Below are positions 27,101 to 37,862 of a stretch of 64,000 nt of DNA, one piece after another. Below the pieces are notes generated by a model, which made no database searches, was not told the DNA's origin, and saw nothing but the letters and a program-made list of their open reading frames with translations. Each line of letters begins with the position of its first letter. Position 1 is the first letter of the stretch. Source of the stretch: Eledone cirrhosa (lineage: Eukaryota); assembly GCA_964016885.1 (NCBI GenBank), contig OZ024741.1, forward strand, positions 280,612,001 to 280,676,000, given 5' to 3'. The position numbers were made by a program, and so were the translations under genes.

Positions 27101-27226
27101 AAGAAATTCATGTTTACACCTTTGAAGAAAAATGAAAGAGATAAAAAGAAGCTTCTAGACACAGTGCTAAAACAATTAAAAGGTCTAGTGAATGGGACAG
27201 CCCCTCAGCAAGGCAGTGGCCAGTAA
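3..27226 (+). CDS. EXOC6: Exocyst complex component 6 (Sec15), 5'-incomplete multi-exon gene (18 exons in window, 567 aa + stop)
   Basis: Exons 3-101, 1844-1912, 4980-5063, 5867-5913, 7955-8075, 9277-9348, 9777-9826, 11183-11333, 12059-12168, 12964-13075, 13461-13540, 14392-14446, 15482-15554, 16034-16140, 24722-24863, 25909-25982, 26142-26254 and 27082-27226 join with GT-AG introns and consistent phases (1704 nt). Peptides DFSPVYRCLHIYSVLG, YYRKQRRKQARL, GFFVVEDHIL, FPFSQFVP, EIDDMIRKSTN and TACMSACKH are Sec15/EXOC6 hallmarks. Confidence 0.96.
1441..1652 (+). mobile_element. CR1/L2-group LINE 3'-end dimer with (ATT)n tail
   Basis: Nearly identical to 41112-41313. Confidence 0.88.
1844..1912 (+). 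CDS. EXOC6: EXOC6 exon
   Basis: tttcag|ELSAQDLIDFSPVYRCLHIYSVL|gtaagt. Confidence 0.95.
2234..3185 (+). mobile_element. Head-to-tail array of about 5 tRNA-derived SINEs
   Basis: Units of ~180-200 bp with A-box-like TGGCAGTATCGG, B-box GAGTTCAAATCC, core GCCTTTCATCCTTACGGGGTCGATAAAATAAAGTACCAG and ATT-rich tail. Confidence 0.88.
4250..4855 (-). mobile_element. Cluster of about 3 older copies of the same SINE, reverse orientation
   Basis: Repeated GATGAAAGGCAAAG..GGATTTGAACTCAGA..TGCCAATCCACTGCC. Confidence 0.8.
4980..5063 (+). CDS. EXOC6: EXOC6 exon
   Basis: tgtag|GARETFETYYRKQRRKQARLSLKPSQNM|gtgtgt. Confidence 0.95.
5272..5750. repeat. 40-bp minisatellite, about 12 copies
   Basis: Unit ACACAGATGCAGTTAGAAAAGTTGGTATTTACCATATTGC. 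Confidence 0.95.
5867..5913 (+). CDS. EXOC6: EXOC6 exon
   Basis: tttcag|YESLDSYKLYFHDVVG|gtaagt, ends phase 2. Confidence 0.92.
7955..8075 (+). CDS. EXOC6: EXOC6 exon
   Basis: ttttag|FFVVEDHILNTTTGLVNQAYMDELWEMAVSKIAAELRRNC|gtaagt. Confidence 0.95.
8545..8638. repeat. 30-bp tandem repeat, 3 copies
   Basis: TTTGGCAAGTTTTCTATGGCCACCCTCGTT x3. Confidence 0.9.
9277..9348 (+). CDS. EXOC6: EXOC6 exon
   Basis: tttcag|GYCNSENIMLEIKNLILLFCHTLR|gtgagt. Confidence 0.93.
9777..9826 (+). CDS. EXOC6: EXOC6 exon
   Basis: tttcag|GYGFSVGHLLELLLEIR|gttagt, ends phase 2. Confidence 0.93.
11183..11333 (+). CDS. EXOC6: EXOC6 exon
   Basis: tgtag|DQYNEMLMTKWATIFDQIFSDDNYTPM...AEQLTA|gtaggt. Confidence 0.93.
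11701..11924. repeat. Long imperfect palindrome (MITE-like fold-back)
   Basis: Arms of ~95 bp: ATAGCTGTTAAAACAGCCAAA/TTTGGCTGTTTTAACAGCTAT and CAGTGGCTAGTGGTCAGT/ACTGACCACTAGCCACTG. Confidence 0.88.
12059..12168 (+). CDS. EXOC6: EXOC6 exon
   Basis: ttgcag|NDFPKQFPFSQFVPKIYYEVKQYINACLKFSSDLHLS|gtaagc. Confidence 0.95.
12185..12482 (+). repeat. 48-bp tandem repeat, about 6 copies (dispersed family)
   Basis: Unit GTGGTAGTACTGGTGTCACAACAAAAAGTACCTAGTCTGCACTATAAG; related arrays at ~8960-9140 (+), 15170-15430 (-), 23830-23965 (+) and 31075-31397 (-). Confidence 0.88.
12964..13075 (+). CDS. EXOC6: EXOC6 exon
   Basis: tacag|HTEIDDMIRKSTNQLLTRTLSGCLSTLIKKPSLSLLQ|gtaagt. Confidence 0.95.
13461..13540 (+). 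CDS. EXOC6: EXOC6 exon
   Basis: ttgcag|LIQISINMNNLEKSCSSLEEYISNITG|gtaagt. Confidence 0.95.
14392..14446 (+). CDS. EXOC6: EXOC6 exon
   Basis: tttcag|AEKDSIHVAKLHGTSMFK|gtaggt. Confidence 0.92.
15482..15554 (+). CDS. EXOC6: EXOC6 exon
   Basis: tttcag|DARSEAEEYIYKQLNVKIDEFLDL|gtatgt, ends phase 1. Confidence 0.95.
15684..15866. repeat. CA-rich compound microsatellite
   Basis: (CACACACCACTCAYG)n variants. Confidence 0.9.
16034..16140 (+). CDS. EXOC6: EXOC6 exon
   Basis: tttcag|ANYDWALMEPKGHASGYLVDLIAFLQSTFMSFTNLP|gtaagt. Confidence 0.95.
16349..16813 (+). mobile_element. Non-autonomous Helitron 5' segment
   Basis: Starts A|TCTATATATATAAAA and is closely similar (reverse complement) to 54100-54613, which is contiguous with Helitron helicase remnants. 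Confidence 0.7.
16814..17310 (+). mobile_element. Second Helitron-like element with three internal subrepeats
   Basis: Starts A|TCTATAT...ATAAAA, then (GTAT)n, then 3x CCTAGGGCCCGCATTAGGTGAAAA at ~16985, 17140 and 17272. Confidence 0.5.
17609..20300 (-). mobile_element. RTE-clade LINE, 5'-truncated and decayed (APE C-part, RT, PHD-like finger)
   Basis: ORFs 19982-20383 (AGDFN, SQIDFIL), 18185-19207 (QFGF, FVDLEKAFD, GVHQGSVLSP, YADD, CSVC..CPKC..HKRC..CSSC) and 17609-17950 (RRLRWYGHV); frameshifted. Confidence 0.93.
20524..23748 (+). mobile_element. RTE-clade LINE, near full length, disrupted by stops and frameshifts
   Basis: Duplicated 5' unit, then APE N-terminus (TLNV, CVQEVRW), AGDFNGHVG, RT (QFGF, DLEKAFD, CADD) and a PHD-like finger; 3' tail ...gcggacgtaaaatgatgat. 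Confidence 0.93.
24722..24863 (+). CDS. EXOC6: EXOC6 exon
   Basis: ctgcag|EKVARTACMSACKHIACSLMDFVMDNDVKQVTMGALQQFNLDLIQCE|gtgagt. Confidence 0.95.
25627..25881. mobile_element. piggyBac-type MITE
   Basis: TTAA|CCCTTTCG...GAAAAGGG|TTAA; related copies at ~6380-6590, 10742-10983 and 63270-63500. Confidence 0.65.
25909..25982 (+). CDS. EXOC6: EXOC6 exon
   Basis: tttcag|FAASEPVSGFNDGTLLLAFADLRQ|gtaaga. Confidence 0.95.
26142..26254 (+). CDS. EXOC6: EXOC6 exon
   Basis: cgtag|LLDLLLNWDWSVYLADYGQPKCKYVRVKPLVAISLLEK|gtaagt. Confidence 0.95.
26355..26668 (-). mobile_element. CR1/L2-group LINE 3' fragment
   Basis: VRKQYSSHDFRKHFFMLRVAEAWNKLP...EIRQHYT plus the same 3'UTR and tail as the 40 and 42 kb copies. 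Confidence 0.9.
27082..27226 (+). CDS. EXOC6: EXOC6 terminal coding exon
   Basis: gacag|LNSGDKKKFMFTPLKKNERDKKKLLDTVLKQLKGLVNGTAPQQGSGQ*; the KNERDKKKLLDTVLKQL motif matches the Sec15 C-terminus. Confidence 0.93.
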
Positions 27227-27757
27227 TGGTTTAGCTGGGGTTGGTTATAGGACCTCAACTGACTCTCCTTCCATAATCCCTCCTTTCCTTCTCCTCTTCC
27301 TGGTTGTTTTATTTCCCCTCCTCCCCTAGCCCCATCTTTTTTTTTTTTATTCTTTTTCTATCTGTAGTGGACACGAAGGAGGGTTGGCCGCAGATCAGAA
27401 GTAGAGCAGAGGTGAGAGGGAAATCTGGAAAAGATAAACACTACTTACCTAGTCCATAATATCCTGCCTACATCCTTACCTTTCAGCCTGTCTACCTACC
27501 TGTCTGCCTGCCTGCCCGTCTGTCTGTCTGTCAGTCAATCAGTCAGTCAGTTTGTCTGCATGCCTGCCTGCTTGCTGTTGTTTGATAATGCCAGCCACAA
27601 CACAACACAACACAAAATCTAGAAAAAAATAACACTATAATTCCTTCCTACTTTTCTGTCTAATTTCTCAAACTTTCTTCTTATTGAACTCCCCCCTCCT
27701 TTGCCCAACCCCTTCACTATTTATTTCCAATACACTTTATAAAAATTATTGGTCTTT

Positions 27758-27811
<54 letters not shown>

Positions 27812-28123
27812 TACTATATATATTGTATATATATCATACCATATCAAACTTTCTTCTTAATGAACGCCCACCCCACCCCTTTTCCCAACCTTTCACTATT
27901 TATTTCCCAATGCACTATATAAGTCCCGGTGAAGAACTGGTCACCATCCCCCTCCCCCCAATTTAATATAGAACATTCACAGAGGAGAAACACCCCAGCT
28001 ATCTATCACTGGTTAGTGACCAAGCAGTGTGGTTGTGAAGCCTTTGTAGAATAAATACAATAATTAATTGTTGAATGAAAGTCACTGATTACATGAAAAT
28101 TATGCCTATGTTTCCACCAGGGT

Positions 28124-28161
<38 letters not shown>

Positions 28162-28239
28162 CAATCTGCTCAGTGGATGAGTATACAAAGTATCCACCTC
28201 TTGGCTGAAGAGTTTGTATATTTCTATCACTGGCATTAC

Positions 28240-28472
28240 AACAGAATGTTCCATGGATAAAAGCCTATGTTTAAAATAATGGCATGACTGATGGAAGTTC
28301 CATGGACAAAAGACACTGTTTAAAATAATAGCATGTGTGATGAAAAGTTCCCTGGATAAGAAATGCTATTTAAAATTATAGCATAGTGGCAGGATGTTCC
28401 CTGGACAAGAGACTGTTTAAAGCAATGGCATTGTGTGATGGAAAGTTCCCTGGAAAAGAGACACTTTAAAAT
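28240..28472. repeat. Degenerate ~50-bp tandem repeat, 5 copies
   Basis: GTTCC(A/C)TGGA..AGA..CTGTTTAAAAT recurs at ~28248, 28297, 28347, 28396 and 28445. Confidence 0.8.
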
Positions 28473-31074
28473 ATATAACAAAATAATATATATGAAAAAC
28501 AAAACAAAACAAAATCACCCCACTACTTGCCTGACAGCATGGCAGGTAAATATAACAGAAATAGAGGGAGAAAGAAAATTATCTGCTTTGTGGTAGTAGT
28601 GGCAGTGGTGGTGGTAGTGGTCAACTGTACTAAGAAATGGAAATATGGTGGATGAGGTGGGGAAGTTACAATATTAAGATTGAATTCTCCTCGTATAACA
28701 ATAGCTCTCGCTCTCTCTCTCTAACCTTTTCTCTCTCCCTTTTCCATCTCTCTCTCATCTCTCGCCCTTTTCCCTCTTCTATCTCTCTCACACACACACA
28801 CTTATTAGTTTGATACTTTTTATGTCAGTCCAAAACTCTTGTGGTCTCAATCTTATTTTATTAGCATCTACCCCTTCCTAACCCCCTTTTTTTCTTGTTA
28901 TTTTTTTGTTTGCTTTTTTGTTTGTATTTTAGTTTTTTGTTTGAAAATTCAAGCATTTTGCTAAAATATGTTGGTAAAGTGCAAATGATGAATGTTTGAT
29001 CAAAAGAACAGCCTCCCTACATAGGAAATTATTAATGTGTAAGTTGCTGAGCATTCCATAGACGCATGTACTCTTAACATAATTCTTGGAGAGATTCAGC
29101 CTGACACAGTGTGTGACAAGAATGGCCCTTTCAATATCAGGTAAAACTCATTTTTTTTTTTCCAGCTGAGTGAACTGGAGCAACATGAAATAAAATATCT
29201 TGCTCAATGAGACAACACATCATTGGGAATCACACTCACAAACTTACATTCATGAGCCACACACTCTAACCACTAAGCCACATGCCTTCACCTTTAGTTA
29301 AATAATACAGTAATTTAATTAGTTCTAATTATTGAATCAAGGTCAACTTTGTCATCCTTTCGAGGTCAATAAAAAAAGTACCAGTCCAGTACTGGGTTCA
29401 ATTATTCCTATATATCTCTTTCTCACTCTCTGTACTTCTCTGGAAGAAATCTGCTGTATTCAGACCCGGAGAGGAGATGGGCTCTGCGAAGTTTAAAATG
29501 CCCTAGACATGCTGTATATATATATATACAGCGCCCCTACGACTTCCTCAGGAGTTACGGGATCATACATACAATTATTCAATAAAATCAACTATACCCA
29601 AGTGGCAGGCAAAATAATTATCGTTCTGAGGTCAATAAAACAAATGCCTGTCAAGTACAGGGGTCAATTTAACTGACTATACTCTTCTCTTCACCAACAA
29701 TGTCAAGCCTTGTAACCTGTGTTAGAAATCAGTATTATCTCCATCATCAACATTTTATGTCTCTTTTTACCATGCTTACATTGGTTGTTCTGATCTCCTC
29801 AAGCACAGCAATTCAACAGTCATTACAAACAGTTCTGTATGAGCAAGACATGGTCATCTAACCCATGCTAGCATGGAAAAATGGATGTCAAATGGTGATG
29901 ATCATGATGATTGTAGTCCCTTATCATCTTTGAGAGAACCATTATTAATTATTGTTGATAATTGTCCTTGTGGCAAATAAAATAAATAATAATTATTATC
30001 ATCATTATTATTATTAACCCTTTCATTAACCCAACCAAAACTGGCTCTTGTCCTATGAAACAAAACCAGCCATTTTAAAGTATTTTTAAGTTAAAATCTT
30101 CCAACATAATTTTATATTCCAATGCACTTATTTATTGAGCAGTTGTCAGATAAATTATGTAGATAAAATTATCTTGACCCTAACCGAAAGAAATGTATAT
30201 GTGCAGCAGTAAAACACCTGAAACCCTTTAGAGAGCTCATTGAGTGGAATACATTGTAGATAAAGGCAGAAAAGATTAGATTAATTTACTAATCAATCGT
30301 TTTCTTTACACTAATAATGGTTTCTAATTTAAGCACAAGGCTAACAGTTTTAAGGGGAAGGGAACGTTGACCATACCAACTGCAGTACATTACTGGTACT
30401 TTATTTTATCAACCACAGAAGAATGAAAGGCAAAGTTAACTTTAACAGGTTTTGAACTCAGAATGTAAAGAGCCAGAACAAATACTGCAAAGCATTTTGT
30501 CCGACACCCTACAGACACTGCCATTTCCACAACTAATGTTGGTCCAACTTATTGATTCTTCTGATGCCTAATATTCACATGAAATCCAAAACATTACCTG
30601 AACTTTTTATATGAAACAGTGAAGCTGTTGGATTGGCAGAATCATTGGTGTGTTGGATGAAATATATTGCAGTATTTCATTATAGCTCTTTACATTCTTG
30701 GTTCAAATACAGCTGAGATCAACTGGGGGTCAATAAAATAAAGTATCGGTAAAGTATTGGGGTCATTATAATTGAGTATCCCCCTCCCTAAAAATTCTAC
30801 CTAAATTGGAAATCATATCAAGTACAAAGCTTGCAAAGTCTTCTTAGTTTTCTGTGTAGACAACTTTTTAACTGTAGAATTCATCATCATCATCATAGTT
30901 AAACATTTATTTTCCATGTTTACATGGGTTGGGTACTGAATCTAGACAGGTCAGCCTACTACATTCTGCTTGAATGCACCATTTTGGGCTTGGTTTTCTA
31001 CGACTGGATGCTCTTTCTAATACCAGTCACTTTATAGTGTGTACCCGGAGGATTTTATCATGACTCTAACATTA

Positions 31075-31397
31075 GCCACCATATAGGCTAATTGGGTACT
31101 TTTTATTATGGCTATAGCACTACCATCTAACATGTTGGATTGGGTACTTTTTGTTGTGGCACCAGCACTACCACCCTACAGAGTGGACTAGGTGTTTTTT
31201 TATCATAGCACCAGCACTGCCTCCTTACAAAGTTGATTAGGTGCTTTTTATCATAGCAATAGTACTACCACCTTACATGTTGGACTGGTTGCTTTTTATC
31301 ATTGCACTAACACTGCCACCTTACATGTTGGACTGGTTGCTTTTTATCATGGCACTAGCACTACCACCTTACATGTTGGACTGGGTACATTTTGTTG
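31075..31397 (-). repeat. 48-bp tandem repeat, about 6-7 copies (reverse complement of the 12.2 kb family)
   Basis: Repeating ACCACCTTACATGTTGGACTGGTTGCTTTTTATCATGGCACTAGCACT. Confidence 0.85.
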
Positions 31398-31723
31398 TAC
31401 TGATAAACTGAATATGTTGTCAGATGAATATTCTTCTAAATTATCTTCCTTCTCTTTTCCATTTTGAGTTGTTTTACCATTACAGCTTATGTGGCACTAC
31501 TAGAAATACTGTGGCACAACTAGAAATATTGTGAGTCTATTAGAAAATCAAATATATCAGGCAATCATAAACTAAATAAATTAAACCTTGCGTGACTGCA
31601 TTAGAATTTACCAACTAGTGTATTGTGTCATTGAACAAACCATATAAATCAACTTACCAAAACCCTTAGGAACCATTATTTTACAAACTGGAAAAATATA
31701 TTAAAATCCAAAACAATATATAA

Positions 31724-31863
31724 TTATTAGGGCCAGTTACTACAACAGTGCCATACCAGGTACATATGTTTCGTTAGTCAAGAGGACCAACTTGTTCAAC
31801 CTGTGCCAGTGAAAATGAAACATGTACATGCTATGGCGCCGTTGTAGTAACTGGCCTTAATAA
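31724..31863. mobile_element. PIF/Harbinger (Tourist-like) MITE
   Basis: ~45-bp TIRs TTA|GGGCCAGTTACTACAAC... / ...GTTGTAGTAACTGGCCT|TAA. Confidence 0.7.
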
Positions 31864-31915
31864 CTAGATTAAAACTTGCTCTATACCTTGGATATCTTTA
31901 CCAAACTATTACTAC

Positions 31916-31947
<32 letters not shown>

Positions 31948-32039
31948 TATGAAAAAGTTTCAGGACCCCATTTCGACAGCTAGATCCGAACTAAGCCACC
32001 ATCCATATATATATAGATAGATATTAGTTAATACAAAGC

Positions 32040-32980
32040 ATTGTGAGATATGTAATAAAAGGCCAATACTTTCCAAAAAGCCAGCACAGTAGAAAAATAT
32101 GAAGGGAAAATGATGACAAATAAAACAAAACAAAGTAATGTTTTATCCTGTGTATTTCAATATATTTCAGGGCTATTACCCTCTTTTCAAATGTGGAGTT
32201 GAAGCAGCTCAAAACAAAATGAACAATCAATGTGTTCTTACTTAACTATATGTCTGTAATATGCATGCATGAAGTCATTATATTAACCAGTCTGCCTCAT
32301 GCATTTCCGATATATTATTTACCTTAGGTTTTTCTAGTTGATGATAATGGCCTCTTTGATTCTTAAATTGTTTATATTCCTTTCCTCTTTGGTGACCTCA
32401 ATGTCATGGCTACAGCTTCTGTCAAGATGTTTTTTAACAGAAGTTCTCATCATCATCTGCTCCTTGACCTCTATATGCAGCATCTGGACAGTACTTCCAA
32501 TGTACAAGTAGCTACATTTTTTACATATGATCTTATAGACCACATACGCTTTCATGCACATTTCTGGAAGTGTGCACATATTGCTATATGTGGGTCAGTG
32601 TCTGTGGAGCAGTCTCCTCAATGAGGGTCCTGAGTGCACCAGCTGCATATTCAGTACCTCCCTACCGATGGCTTGTCTGGTGGCAGCTGTCATTCCAGCA
32701 TAAAGTCTAGTAGAGAAAGGTATCCAGTGGTGTCTCGGTGCTCAACCTTAAATTTCACATGTGCATCTATGTTTTTGAAGGTGTAAATCTTGATGGCTTC
32801 TTCATGTGATGAAGTAAGCATAATGAGATATCATCCACATACCTGGAGAAGGAGCAAGAGCAGCAAGTGATGAGTGCTGTGTTTTGTTTTATTTGTCATC
32901 ATTTGCTCTTTATATTTTTCTACTGCATTGCACCAGCTTTTTGAAAATTATCAGTCTTTTATTTTATATACATATATATC
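32040..32980 (-). mobile_element. Penelope-like retroelement remnant (RT fragment, GIY-YIG, inverted pseudo-LTR)
   Basis: Minus strand reads FSRYVDDI..HVKFKVEH..LSLLDF, then VVYKIICKKCSYLYIGST..NLRIKEAIII. Segment 32055-32136 is repeated inverted at 32876-32970, and a second fragment lies at 33930-34073. Confidence 0.8.
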
Positions 32981-32984
32981 TTAC

Positions 32985-33017
<33 letters not shown>

Positions 33018-34662
33018 TTAACTTACAATATGTGTAGCGTTTTACAACAATACTGATAATATTCACAAACCACTGTTTCACCCCCTGTAACACCATTGCT
33101 ATATTTCCTTCTGAGTTATTTTTGATGTTCAATTAATTTTAAATAGAAGTCAATCTCACAGATTCTATAATCTCTCTCTCTCCATCTTCAAAAGTGCCTT
33201 TACTGTGCTTTTCTGGAATTATCAGTCCATTAAAAGGCATTTTACCAATTTACACAATCCTTAAGTACTTAATATACCTGACTATTAGGAAAGTGTTAAA
33301 TTGCTTTAATAATAATGAAATTATTGTGTACAGTGCTCAGATACACTACAAAATATCTTTATAATAGTAAAATACTAAATAACTTCCATTCAGATACATA
33401 ACTATCTAAATTTATTACAAGGAAATAAAGAAAAAAGCTATATATAAATCTGAATAATGTTGGTTGTGGCAAATTCGTGTCAAACTACATCCATAAGCTG
33501 GTTTTGATTCTTAGTTAATCGCGATTCTCTCCCTTTATCTTCTCAACTAATGCCTTGGAGTTGGCATGGTCACATTTAAGTTCTACTGAGTTCCAGGCAT
33601 AACTGACTCCAGCTGAATAGGCCCCTATCCAGAGTTACACCTCCCCTGCTCTGTGTCTTTGAAAGACTGTGTTAGTTTTCAGCCTGTGTTGGAAAGGGAG
33701 GAGGGATGGAACATGAGGCTAGCAACCTTACCTCCATTAATCAACATTGCTACAGAAATAATGAGCAGATACCTGACCTGGGCTGGGTACATGGCTTGCA
33801 GCCATGTAGAAAGGAGATCTATTGTCACCTAATGTTCCATACGAAGCATAAGGAACTAAAGAAGACATAATAGACACAACTAAATATTTGAAGTGATTTA
33901 TTAATTGACAATACAAGGCTTGTACGAAGAGCTACATGTTTTACATATGATCTTATAGACCACATATGTTCTCATGCACATTTCTCTGTTGTTGATGGGA
34001 CAATTAGGAAGTATGCACATATTGCTGTATGTGGAGCAGTCTCCTTAATGAGGGTCCCGAGTATGCCAGCTGTACACAATGACAAGGTAGTTTTTATAAT
34101 GGCATTACACATTTCTGAAAAAATAATCACAATTTATTTAGTATCTTAAATGAAGAAAACCAGCCATTAAATCTGTCATTTATTTAATTTTTTTTTTCTG
34201 TGACTTGGATTCAGTTTTGTGTATCTTTTATCTATTCAAACTTTATTAATATGCTCTAATGCTTGTATTTATCATCTACATAAATTATGGGAGGAGAGAG
34301 CTAAGTTCTCACTAAATCATGTCTGTAGCCCAGTCTTCATTCTCAGTTGTAACTATTCATGGTCGGATTGTCTCTTTGAACCCTAAAAACTTAGAAGATT
34401 ATGGTGCTTCACCACATATATAAAGTCTGCAAAAAGAATTTTTTTTTTTAATGACAAAAACATAATTTGAATAAAATGGTTCCCCCTTCTTCCTTGATTC
34501 CCTAAGCATGTGCTTATTTTCCTTAGTGGTTACTCCAGCCCTGTAGTCATTGCTAATGCCAAGGCATTGAATTTCATACTATTTTCTATTTACACTTTCA
34601 TAAATCTAATGTCAGGTACCTCTCATTAAAGAATTCAATATTATTATTATTAAAAGTAAATA

Positions 34663-34858
34663 GGGTGGTGAATTGGCAGTATCGCTAGAAGGTCAGACGC
34701 CATGCTTTCCAGCATAGTTACGTCCCTTCACGGTCTGAGTTCAAATCCCGTCGAGATTAACTTTGTCTTTCATCCTTACGGGGGTCGATAAAATAAAGTC
34801 CCAGTAATGTACTGGGTAATTGCTGGCCTTGTGCCAAAAGTAGAAACAATTATTATTA
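34663..34858 (+). mobile_element. tRNA-derived SINE (full copy)
   Basis: Same A/B boxes, core and tail as the 2.2-3.2 kb array. Further copies at ~600-800, 24195-24290, 30316-30530, 36130-36300, 39445-39570, 41840-41990, 45650-46010, 50635-50855, 54990-55180 and 55895-56100. Confidence 0.85.
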
Positions 34859-36388
34859 AAAGTAAATAAACAAACTAAAAAGAGAAATATATAGGAACAG
34901 AACTACACACACAGATCAAACTGTATAAACAATTACAATGGTAGTACACTCAGACACTCCCACTGGCAATACATACAAACATTATGAATGATGTATACAC
35001 CCCTCCAACACACACTCACATGATCCTTTTTCTTTTTTTCTCTTCTAATCTTCCAACCTCCTCTTTCTCTCCATAATTTACTTTTTCCTGACAAAGGACT
35101 AAGATCTGATATGTTGAAACTTTATTTTTTCTCTCTATAAAGCATGAAACTATTAAGATTGTGTGGCATAGCTCTTTGTGTGTCTTACTTTTAACATACA
35201 TAAGGTGGTGAATTGGCAGAATATGTAGTGTATCAGATTAAATGCCTTGGTGTTTGTTCTGGTTCATTGTGCTCTGAGTTCAAGTCTTGCTAAGGTCGAT
35301 TTCGTCTTTCATCCTTTTGAAGGTCGATAAATAAACTTAGCAGTCCAGGGGTCAGTGGATTAAGCAGAATTGTTAGTCAGATGAGTTGGTTTGTGGTGTC
35401 TTCTGAGTTCAAATCCCACCTATAGTCACCAGAAAAACAATGCTGCTTCTGCAAAGAGTTGCAACCTGCAGATAGTATCAGTAATGGAAACATTGTTTCC
35501 TTGGTCTTATTCAATGATCAGCTCCTTTCCTTTATTTATATATATATATATACACAGTGGCATATTGCTGGGGATGCTGTTGCACCTCCACTCCTAAAAT
35601 GATAGGAGCAATATGTTAATATATATATATATATGCTAACATGAAAGATAGACGTTAAACGATGATGATATATATAAACACCTAATAATTTTAGAGAAAA
35701 AAGATATTTAGCATGTATTATGAAAAGTTACTGCAATAAGAAGAAAGAAAGGTCTCTCTACTCTCTTTTAATGTTGCCACTTGTTGTTGACTAGGGTTTG
35801 AAAGAAATAACTGTCCTACAGGCACAGCACTTATTTTCTGGCACCCGTCTTTCCAGATCCATACTGAGTTACTTGTTTTACCAATCAGCATAATATTTCA
35901 CTAGAAATATGAAATATGAAGTATTCCTTATATCCCTCAAATGTAATAATATGAAAGAATAAATGTTTAAAACTAAATCTAATGTCAGATGGTAACTTTC
36001 TAATGTGAAATAACTAGTCTGGTGGGTTGTGGGAAAATGGACTTGTCGACCCATCAATATATATCTGGATAAAAAAAACTGTTGGAAAATTGGTTTTTGA
36101 AATTATTCAGTTAGTCATTATACAAAAGGGCAGTGGATTGGCAGTCTGAGTAGAGCATTGGACAACATGCTTTGCAGCAAATAGTTACATCGCTATACAT
36201 TCTGCCGAGGTTAGCTTTGCCTTTCATCCTTACGGGGGTCGATTTAATTGACTTTCCCTCCCTCAAAAATGTTGGCCTTGTGCCTAAATCAGAAACCATT
36301 GTGCAACAGAAGGGACGTAATTCTACGCTAATGACAAAATTCATGAGGGGGGGGGGGCTAACATTGCAGCAAATTCTTTTTTATTTAA

Positions 36389-36586
36389 CCCTTTAGCATT
36401 TACATTACTCAATATTTACTATTGTATTTTCATGGTAAAGGCTTTACTTCACATAATATTGAATCTATGAGATTTTGATATCATTTATTTTGGGAACAAT
36501 ACCTTAACATCAGTATGAGTAGCCAGTTACAGCTGGTTAAAACAGAAAGAGGTGAGAGAATTCTGGCCGGTTTAAATGCTAAAGGG
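36389..36586. mobile_element. piggyBac-type MITE
   Basis: TTAA|CCCTTTAGCATTT...AAATGCTAAAGGG|TTAA perfect TIRs; partial copies at ~13692-13830 and 24365-24561. Confidence 0.8.
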
Positions 36587-37862
36587 TTAAACCAACTAAA
36601 ATCACACAGCATCTTCTTTCCATCCATAATACACAGAAATTCTATATCCAATAATGGCATATGTGTGTGTGTGTTTTCTTTTTAATTCTTCCCAGCCACC
36701 TATCATCCATACTACTTACAATGTTAAATGGCAAGTATGTAGTTGTCATTTGAAACCTACTGAATAAACGCATTCCACAGGAGAGGTTGGTGGCGGCATA
36801 TTATGGTAATATCAGAAATAGTAATATTTATTTGCTACATTTGGTGTTAAAATAAAAATATAATTCAAGACCATATAAATTTTTATAGTAAAACTTGTTC
36901 TTCAGGCTGTTAACATACTCCTAGCAGAATTATCTGGACTTCTTCCTGCCTTTTTTATTGTTTTATTATTATAATTTTTTTTTTTAGGTTATCTTATTTT
37001 CAATTCCCCTCACCCTCTCCTTGCTGTAAAAAAAAAGCAAAACAAACTTCTCTCACTATCAAGCAGTCTGTTTAAACAGCAGTTGTTGTCTATATTTGAT
37101 CCCCCATCCCACCCCCACCTTGGTTCAGTTAAACACTGTGCCATGGTTACCTTTGCTTACCTAACTGTGATGATGGACAGCAACAGTTTGTCATAAAAGA
37201 CTATGGAAATATTCTAAACAAATATTTTACTTTAAAAGAAAAAAAAGAAAACGCTTCTTAATTTTTTTTTTTTTTTTCATGTTTTTCCTACCCACCCTTC
37301 ACATTTTTTTTTTAAAGACTTTTCTCCATTTTTGGACTTTGCAATGCTCTTTGAATCCTCTGAAATAATTTAATTTTTCTTTTCTTTTTTTTACATTTGT
37401 CTCTCTTTTTCTCTCTCCTAAATTTCTTGATTAATCAAGATTTTATTTCCATTTTATTTATTGAGCTCTCTATTTATTTGTTCAGTCTCAACACTTTTTT
37501 CTTGCTCTTTCTCTATCTATCCCTCTCTGTCTGTCTATCTATCTATGTATCTTCTCCTTAGACTTCAGTCCAATCTTTTTACCTTTTGTTTCTCATGTAA
37601 ATACACAACTTGCGCCACTTGTTTTTACAAAATAAAAATCTACATTGTTCTTGATAAGAATAATGAGCAATATCCTTCTGTGTCTTGTTATTATTATTTT
37701 CTTTTAAGTTGTTGTTGTTGTTGTTTAGCCCCAGGTTAACTCAGATTCAGCAAACCTATGATTAAAAACATTCCACCTATGACCATCTTGTCATTTTAGG
37801 TTGATGTGTGCTGTCATTATTAGCTTTTTGTTTTTGTTTTTGTTTTTTACAGAGATATAGTC

